A stretch of 64,000 nucleotides of DNA from assembly GCA_964539395.1 (NCBI GenBank), contig CAZIIU010000013.1, positions 14,082 to 78,081 of the forward strand, given 5' to 3'. Every line of letters starts with the position of its first letter. The stretch's first letter is position 1. Of this stretch, positions 58,407 to 64,000 are shown one piece after another. Under the pieces are notes generated by a model. It saw only the letters and a list, made by a program, of their open reading frames with translations. It was not told where the DNA came from and made no database searches. A program made the position numbers and the translations under genes. This stretch comes from an uncultured Bacteroidaceae bacterium. GTDB lineage: Bacteria; Bacteroidota; Bacteroidia; Bacteroidales; GCA-2748055.

Positions 58407-60131
58407 TCAGTCAAATTTCAGGTCCCGGATATTCAGCTGGGTACTCCTTTTTCCCCTGTATTCATTCTCCTCAACTGTGTAGCAGATATCGAACGACATC
58501 CCATTACATATTTTGTCAAACATCTTTCCCTTCTGAAATGCGATGGCAGTAAATACCTTGAATGGGTTCTCCTCCTGCACCAGATTCAGCCGCAGATGAT
58601 CCCCTTCAGTACCGACCCGCTTTCCCATCCCGTTGTCGGATACATTCTCGGTTAAAAAAACCGGGGTGTTGTTTTCGGGACCAAACGGATGGAACTGGTT
58701 CAGTACCCTGACAAATTTCTCATCGATCTCAGAAAGCTGAACTTCAGTATCTATCTCCACCACCGGGATCAGAAGATCCTGGTGTATATTCTCCTCAATA
58801 TACTCCCCGAAACGCCGGGTAAACTTTTTAATGTTTCCTACACTCATTGTGAGTCCGGCGGCATACTTGTGCCCGCCAAAATTCTCCAGCAGGTCGCTGC
58901 ATGACTCAATCGCCTGATAAATGTCAAATCCGTTGACCGATCTGGCCGACCCGGTTGCCATCCCGTCAGACATTGTAAGAATTACTGTTGGCCGGTAATA
59001 ATGCTCCATCAGCCTTGATGCCACGATCCCTATCACTCCCTTGTGCCATTCAGGGTTGTAGAGTACCGTCGACTTTTGCTCCTGTAAATACTTGTCGCGC
59101 TGGATCATCTCCACCGCCTGCCGGGTGATTGAAGTATCCACATCACGTCGTTCTATATTAATGGTATTGATATTTTTGCTGATCGCCATTGCATGGTTGG
59201 GATCATCACTCACCAGAAGTTCAACAGCAGTATTGCCCGACTCCATCCTTCCCGCAGCATTCAACCGGGGACCAATCTTAAAAACGATGTCCTCAATGGT
59301 TATGGTTTTATTGTTGAATGACGCAACATCCTTGATGGCCTGCAGACCGGTCCGTGGTGAATCAGTAAGCTTCTGAAGCCCGTGAAAAGCCATCACCCTG
59401 TTCTCCCCGTTAATCGGAACAATATCTGACGCTATACTCACCGCAACCAGATCGAGGAAATTTGTGATCTCCTCGAAATCAGTTCCCAGCCTGGTTCCCA
59501 GGGCCTGAATCAGTTTGAAACCGACACCACAGCCTGATAACTCCTTAAAAGGATAATTGCAATCAAAGCGCTTGGGATCAAGCACCGCCATGGCATCCGG
59601 CATCCTGTCTCCCGGATTATGGTGATCGCAAATGATAAAATCAATCCCTTTCGAACGGGCATAGGCCACCTTTTCCACAGCCTTGATACCACAATCTAGT
59701 GCAATAATCATTCTGTAACCTTTCTCCTCCGCATAATCTATTCCCTTCTTTGAGACCCCATACCCCTCGCTGTAACGGTTGGGAATGTAGTAACCCAGAT
59801 TTTGCAGGTGATCCTTCAGGAATGAATACACCAGTGCCACAGCGGTTGTCCCGTCTACATCATAATCGCCGTAGACAAGAACCCCCTCATCATTGGTAAT
59901 CGCTGACATGATTCGGTCAACAGCAACATCCATATCCTTCATCAGGAATGGGTCGTGCAGCTGACTAAGTTCCGGGCGAAAAAAAGCCTTCGCTTCGTCA
60001 AAAGTTGTGATCCCCCGTTGCACAAGTAAATTGGCAAGCACTTTGCTGATGCCCAGCGATCTGCTTAACGCAAGTACCTCGGCTTCAGAACCTTGTGATT
60101 TTATGACCCAGTTTTTCTCCACACCCTCCAA
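58407..60131 (-). CDS. recJ: Single-stranded-DNA-specific exonuclease RecJ
   Basis: 574 aa. DHH-family motifs YGDYDVDGTT, ALDCG and ICDHHNPG. The ORF track start is TTG, and a GVEKNW alternative 9 nt downstream (60122) is possible. Confidence 0.9.
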   Translation of the reverse strand: MEGVEKNWVIKSQGSEAEVLALSRSLGISKVLANLLVQRGITTFDEAKAFFRPELSQLHDPFLMKDMDVAVDRIMSAITNDEGVLVYGDYDVDGTTAVALVYSFLKDHLQNLGYYIPNRYSEGYGVSKKGIDYAEEKGYRMIIALDCGIKAVEKVAYARSKGIDFIICDHHNPGDRMPDAMAVLDPKRFDCNYPFKELSGCGVGFKLIQALGTRLGTDFEEITNFLDLVAVSIASDIVPINGENRVMAFHGLQKLTDSPRTGLQAIKDVASFNNKTITIEDIVFKIGPRLNAAGRMESGNTAVELLVSDDPNHAMAISKNINTINIERRDVDTSITRQAVEMIQRDKYLQEQKSTVLYNPEWHKGVIGIVASRLMEHYYRPTVILTMSDGMATGSARSVNGFDIYQAIESCSDLLENFGGHKYAAGLTMSVGNIKKFTRRFGEYIEENIHQDLLIPVVEIDTEVQLSEIDEKFVRVLNQFHPFGPENNTPVFLTENVSDNGMGKRVGTEGDHLRLNLVQEENPFKVFTAIAFQKGKMFDKICNGMSFDICYTVEENEYRGKRSTQLNIRDLKFD

Positions 60132-60281
60132 AATGATTCATACAAAATTAACATAATCCTCGATCTTCGGAGTGTCAATTGTTTGATATATTTCTGAAAC
60201 CCGACAATACCGGACGAACCAGCGTCAATATCCTGATGAAAGTTAGCAGGTTGCCGGATTATAATTCTGGGCACTTTTACT

Positions 60282-60289
60282 TATCTTTG
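60282..60289 (+). promoter_or_regulatory. -7 promoter box TATCTTTG upstream of lysS
   Basis: Exact TAnnTTTG match, 27 nt upstream of ATG 60317 and inside the TTG-started extension of the ORF track. Confidence 0.45.
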
Positions 60290-60316
60290 CCCAATTATTT
60301 GAAAACAGGAACAAAC

Positions 60317-62155
60317 ATGGCTCATTCAGACCTTTCAGAACAGGAACAGATAAGGCGGAAGTCGCTTGAAGAGTTACGAAAACTGGGTATCGATCCCTAT
60401 CCGGCAGCGATGTTTGAGGTGTCGCACAAGGCCGCCCGGGTAAAAAGTAAGTTCGACAAGGAAGAGGATTCCCTGAGGGGAATTACCCTCGCGGGAAGGA
60501 TTATGAGCCGGCGGATCATGGGCAGTGCCTCCTTTGCAGAGCTTCAGGATGAGTCGGGCCGGATACAGTTATACATCCGCAGGGATGATATCTGTAAGGG
60601 AGAGGATAAAACCATGTACAATATCGTGTTTAAGAAGCTGCTTGATATTGGCGATTTTGTTGGTATAAAAGGGTTTGCTTTCAGGACCCGGATGGGTGAG
60701 ATTTCCATACATGTGGAGGAACTAAGGGTGCTGAGCAAATCGATCAGACCACTTCCCGTTGTAAAGGAGAAGGACGGTAAGACTTACGACGCGGTGACCG
60801 ATCCGGAGTTCAGATACAGACAGCGGTATGTAGACCTTGTAATTAATCCGGAGGTGCGTGAAGTGTTCCGTAAAAGAACACAGATATATAATTCACTCAG
60901 GGAACTTTTTAATGAAAAGGGGTACCTGGAAGTGGAGACACCAGTGCTGCAGCCCATTCCGGGCGGGGCAGCAGCCCGTCCTTTTATCACCCATCATAAC
61001 ACGCTGGACATGACGCTTTACCTGCGTATTGCCAATGAGCTCTACCTGAAACGGCTGATTGTCGGCGGGTACGATGGTGTCTATGAATTCTCAAAAGACT
61101 TCCGCAACGAGGGGATGGACCGTACCCACAATCCTGAATTCACGGTGATGGAGATTTACGTTGCTTACAAGGATTACAACTGGATGATGGACTTCACCGA
61201 GGAGATGATCGAGAAGGTGGCACTGGATCTGCATGGAACAACTAAAGTGAAGGTTGGAGACACAGAGATTGACTTTAAACGACCTTTCCGGCGGATCACC
61301 ATGATCGATGCAATTAAGGAGTATACCGGTTTGGATGTTTCGGGACTGGATGAGGCAGACTTAAGGGGACAGGCAGCCTGTCTCAATATTGAACTCGATG
61401 ATTCAATGGGTAAAGGAAAGATTATTGACGAGATATTTAGTGAAAAATGCGAAATGCATTTTATTCAGCCTACCTTCATAACCGACTATCCAGTTGAGAT
61501 GTCGCCGTTGTGCAAGAAACACCGCGACAAACCTGAGCTAACCGAGCGGTTTGAACTGCTGATCAATGGCAAGGAGATCTGCAATGCCTATTCAGAGCTG
61601 AACGATCCCCTCGACCAGTACGAACGGTTCAAAGAGCAGCTGAAACTGTCGGAGAAGGGCGACGATGAGGCGATGTTCATCGACATGGATTTTGTGCGGG
61701 CGCTGGAGTATGGTATGCCCCCAACCAGTGGAATGGGCATGGGTATGGACCGGCTGGCAATGCTTATGACAAATAAAACCAGCATCCAGGATGTACTCTT
61801 TTTCCCGCAGATGAAACCGGAAAGCAGAGCGCCCGCCGAGGATGGATCTTTGGCGGGTGAAAAAGGTGTGAACGAAAGCGAAAGCGGGCAAACCTCCTCA
61901 GAAATAGATCCTCAAAGTCCTGACAGTCCGGGAGAACCATCAGACAATGTAACTGATCAGGAGCCTGAACTCACCGCTGACGAAAAGCTTGTTTTTGGGC
62001 TGCTAAAGAATACCTCCCCCATTGATCTGAATGCGCTAAAATCCAAAACCGGCCTGAGCAACAAAAAGTGGGATCTCGCCATCAAAGGACTGCGCAAGCA
62101 TAACCTGGCAAAGGTGGAGAAGAGCGAATATGGGCTGGTAGTTTCGGCGTTGTAG
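60317..62155 (+). CDS. lysS: Lysine--tRNA ligase (class II) with a ~110-aa C-terminal extension
   Basis: I chose ATG 60317 (MAHSDLSEQEQIRRKSLEELRKLGIDPYP). Class II motifs FRNEGMDRTHNPEFT and GMGMGMDRLAMLM. The core ends near FFPQMKPE, and the extension is encoded at 61823-62152. Confidence 0.9.
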   Translation: MAHSDLSEQEQIRRKSLEELRKLGIDPYPAAMFEVSHKAARVKSKFDKEEDSLRGITLAGRIMSRRIMGSASFAELQDESGRIQLYIRRDDICKGEDKTMYNIVFKKLLDIGDFVGIKGFAFRTRMGEISIHVEELRVLSKSIRPLPVVKEKDGKTYDAVTDPEFRYRQRYVDLVINPEVREVFRKRTQIYNSLRELFNEKGYLEVETPVLQPIPGGAAARPFITHHNTLDMTLYLRIANELYLKRLIVGGYDGVYEFSKDFRNEGMDRTHNPEFTVMEIYVAYKDYNWMMDFTEEMIEKVALDLHGTTKVKVGDTEIDFKRPFRRITMIDAIKEYTGLDVSGLDEADLRGQAACLNIELDDSMGKGKIIDEIFSEKCEMHFIQPTFITDYPVEMSPLCKKHRDKPELTERFELLINGKEICNAYSELNDPLDQYERFKEQLKLSEKGDDEAMFIDMDFVRALEYGMPPTSGMGMGMDRLAMLMTNKTSIQDVLFFPQMKPESRAPAEDGSLAGEKGVNESESGQTSSEIDPQSPDSPGEPSDNVTDQEPELTADEKLVFGLLKNTSPIDLNALKSKTGLSNKKWDLAIKGLRKHNLAKVEKSEYGLVVSAL

Positions 62156-62231
62156 TTTCTTCAGTACAATTGAATTGCACCCTCCTCTGCTTAATAAAAA
62201 TGGTCTGTTCTTAAACCCATTCTCTCCAAAT

Positions 62232-62262
62232 TGGAGGTAACAAATTGGTGCCTCCATTTTTT
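62232..62262 (+). terminator. Rho-independent terminator downstream of lysS
   Basis: TGGAGG (62232-62237) pairs with CCTCCA (62251-62256) across a 13-nt loop. TTTTTT follows at 62257-62262. Confidence 0.55.
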
Positions 62263-62426
62263 AACCTTCTTTTGATCAAACACAAAACCTTAAAAAAAAT
62301 CAAGTGTTTAATCTCTGCTATTTATCTCCGGACTGATCCTTTAAACATCTTCTAAAATGACGTTTGCCAAAAAGCTCTTGACAAGGGATAATTGGAATTG
62401 TAACTTGTAAAAAACAAATCCCTGCA

Positions 62427-62741
62427 ATGCTCAAACAGCTTATAAACACTGATCATTCAGTAAAACTTCGGATCAACAGAGACTGCCCCTCTTATTCAGA
62501 ATTTATTAAAACAATTACGGATACAAAATATCAGTTGCTCACAAAAAGCAATTGGTTTCGCGATTATGTATTTGCTATTCATTCCATGTATTATATCCAG
62601 CGAACAGGTGATGAATGGTTCAATTCATGCGAGGTAATAATGAATATATCACCCATGAATTGCCGGAAGAACAGAATGCCAGGATCATTTTTTTACGATT
62701 ACTCTGGATGGCTGCAAATGAATCGTAATCTACAGGGATGA
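62427..62741 (+). CDS. Hypothetical small protein (weak call)
   Basis: 104-aa ORF in an AT-rich intergenic islet with no recognisable motifs. It may not be coding. Confidence 0.3.
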   Translation: MLKQLINTDHSVKLRINRDCPSYSEFIKTITDTKYQLLTKSNWFRDYVFAIHSMYYIQRTGDEWFNSCEVIMNISPMNCRKNRMPGSFFYDYSGWLQMNRNLQG

Positions 62742-62765
62742 TCAGGAGATTTAAACATTAACTGT

Positions 62766-62811
62766 TAAATATCAGTACATCGTTTACATAAAATATCAGC
62801 ACATCGTTGAC
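62766..62811 (+). repeat. Two tandem direct copies of a 22-nt element (R1 62766-62787, R2 62790-62811)
   Basis: R1 is AAATATCAGTACATCGTTTACA and R2 is AAATATCAGCACATCGTTGACA (20/22 identical, 24-nt period). The end of R2 overlaps the palindrome TGACAGT-CAA-ACTGTCA (62807-62823). Confidence 0.8.
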
Positions 62812-62837
62812 AGTCAAACTGTCATGCAAGAGCGAAA

Positions 62838-62889
62838 AGATTCTTTTAAAACCCCTCAATGGGATATTAAGAGGGGATTTCAAAAGAAT
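62838..62889. other. Long imperfect hairpin (about 18 bp, 13-nt loop) at the centre of the repeat array
   Basis: GATTCTTTT(62838-46) pairs with AAAAGAATC(62881-89). AAA(47-49) pairs with TTT(77-79). CCCCTC(51-56) pairs with GAGGGG(70-75). On the minus strand it is followed by TTTTCGCTCTT. Confidence 0.7.
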
Positions 62890-62911
62890 CAGCATATATG
62901 TAAATGTGTCA

Positions 62912-62971
62912 CTGTAAACAAGGTGCTGATATTTTGCTTAATTAAAATCATGTAAACGAGCTGCTGATATA
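62912..62971 (-). repeat. Two inverted copies of the same 22-nt element (R3 62912-62933, R4 62950-62971)
   Basis: The reverse complement of R3 is AAATATCAGCACCTTGTTTACA (19/22 versus R1). The reverse complement of R4 is ATATATCAGCAGCTCGTTTACA (18/22 versus R1). Confidence 0.75.
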
Positions 62972-63052
62972 TTACAATAACAATTACAACGGGATTTTAT
63001 GTGCAATGCACTAATACCGGAGACTATTTCCTTATATAATATTAATAAGTAA

Positions 63053-63559
63053 ATGAATATCAATAGATTTTTCTCCTTCGTCTGCACTATTCTTGCATTA
63101 ACTTTATTTCTAACAGGTTTTCCAGCGCATGCATTGCATTCAGAGAACGTGAAGGGAATTACAGAAAAAATAACTAGATATGTCGAACCAGATCCAGCGC
63201 TAGTCGATACTTGTGTTAAGTCCAGGAATAACATTATTTCAGTTGATTTCCTGGTTTTGTTTCCTGCAATTAGTTATAGCCGCATAATTCCTTTTTTAAA
63301 AAAAACAGGATTATCAATTTATGGAAGCATTACACCTTACTTCGGCTTTCTTATTGACCTGGGAGGGGCGATTACAGTAGGTAAAAACCACCACTATTTT
63401 GAACCCGGAGGAGGTTATCTGCTATTTGTTGATAATGTTTATCTGAAGACCGGTTATAGGTATCAGTCGAAAAAAGGTTTTGTCTTCAGAATAGCACCCG
63501 GATATAACATTACAGAAAATGTTCCATGGTTCACCACTGGTTTTGGATTTGCATTCTGA
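63053..63559 (+). CDS. Small secreted beta-rich protein, possibly an outer-membrane barrel
   Basis: 168 aa. Signal peptide MNINRFFSFVCTILALTLFLTGFPAHA. Gly/aromatic-rich strands end ...TTGFGFAF (terminal Phe). Confidence 0.5.
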   Translation: MNINRFFSFVCTILALTLFLTGFPAHALHSENVKGITEKITRYVEPDPALVDTCVKSRNNIISVDFLVLFPAISYSRIIPFLKKTGLSIYGSITPYFGFLIDLGGAITVGKNHHYFEPGGGYLLFVDNVYLKTGYRYQSKKGFVFRIAPGYNITENVPWFTTGFGFAF

Positions 63560-63791
63560 TTATGAAGATTTATTCATTGTGGTTTTTTCTGCCGTAAAAT
63601 TGAAACTTGATCCAGAGCCAAAAACTATCATCAGATCACTGCAGACCAAACCACTCCCGCCCTCCTTACAGCATTCATTGTGCCCCTGCAGGTCCCTTAA
63701 AACAATACTTGGAATATAGAAGGTACTGATCTAACCCGGCAATCCAGATATAAACTTCAAGGGTTTCCGAAAAAAGTCTTACTTACCCGGA

Positions 63792-64000
63792 TTAAGACCG
63801 TAGCTGGTGGCTTCCTGGTGGCAATAACCCCAGGAATCCCAACAGAGTGAATACCCCCACGATCAATATTCCGGTTATGGCTGCAATCACAATACTCCGG
63901 TAATCATCCGAACGTTTTATAATGATACCTGTAAATGCCCATACCACGGAAAGACCAATATAAGGATTGTTGGTTCGAATAATAGCAAACAGAACGATAA
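63792..64000 (-). CDS. C-terminal fragment of a membrane protein (5' end outside the window)
   Basis: Hand translation of the minus strand from the window edge gives ...IVLFAIIRTNNPYIGLSVVWAFTGIIIKRSDDYRSIVIAAITGILIVGVFTLLGFLGLLPPGSHQLRS, ending at stop TAA (63792-63794). It contains two hydrophobic helices. Confidence 0.4.
   Translation of the reverse strand, partial: IVLFAIIRTNNPYIGLSVVWAFTGIIIKRSDDYRSIVIAAITGILIVGVFTLLGFLGLLPPGSHQLRS

Noticed and set aside
62766-62811. Tandem 22-nt repeats as a CRISPR array
   Set aside because: There are only two adjacent copies separated by 2 nt, so there are no spacers. The copies are imperfect, and no cas genes lie in the window.
62938-63234. 98-aa minus-strand ORF overlapping the start of the 63053 gene
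   Set aside because: It overlaps repeats R3/R4 and the signal-peptide region of a better plus-strand ORF. It has AT-rich codon composition and no motifs.
63960-63985. GGTTCGAAT string resembling a tRNA T-arm
   Set aside because: There are no flanking acceptor, D or anticodon stems. It lies inside the open frame of the partial membrane-protein gene.

Overview
This 64-kb chromosomal window reads as Bacteroidota. The evidence is TAnnTTTG -7 promoter boxes upstream of several starts, an ECF sigma/FecR/STN-TonB receptor/DUF4249 cluster, many lipoproteins, a giant Ig-repeat surface protein, and a class II HMG-CoA reductase next to a GYDIA-type GHMP kinase. I call about 47 protein-coding genes. I recognised no rRNA, tRNA, CRISPR array, transposase or integrase. 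Most of the window is housekeeping: yhhQ, fhs, plsC, parE/parC, aroK, cydABDC, lplA, obg, adk, hpt, purE, recJ and lysS. Four places deserve follow-up. (1) A tightly packed six-gene minus-strand operon (window edge to ~14047) encodes a transporter-HEAT-CNB-like protein, a Cache/HAMP/PP2C phosphatase, a membrane-anchored STAND NTPase with coiled coil and WD40, an outer-membrane barrel, a propeller lipoprotein and a giant surface protein. It is my best candidate for an undescribed envelope-spanning system. (2) A nine-gene plus-strand cluster (15220-26196) joins leucine catabolism (liu) directly to the lower mevalonate pathway, with no HMG-CoA lyase or synthase in the window. (3) A translationally coupled pair of outer-membrane barrels (54934-57782) includes one with a ComEA-like helix-hairpin-helix module. 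(4) An AT-rich intergenic islet (62766-62971) carries four copies of a 22-nt element arranged symmetrically around an 18-bp hairpin. All calls rest on reading the ORF translations and the sequence by eye. No database search, HMM or folding program was run, so family names are recollections of motifs and novelty cannot be verified here.
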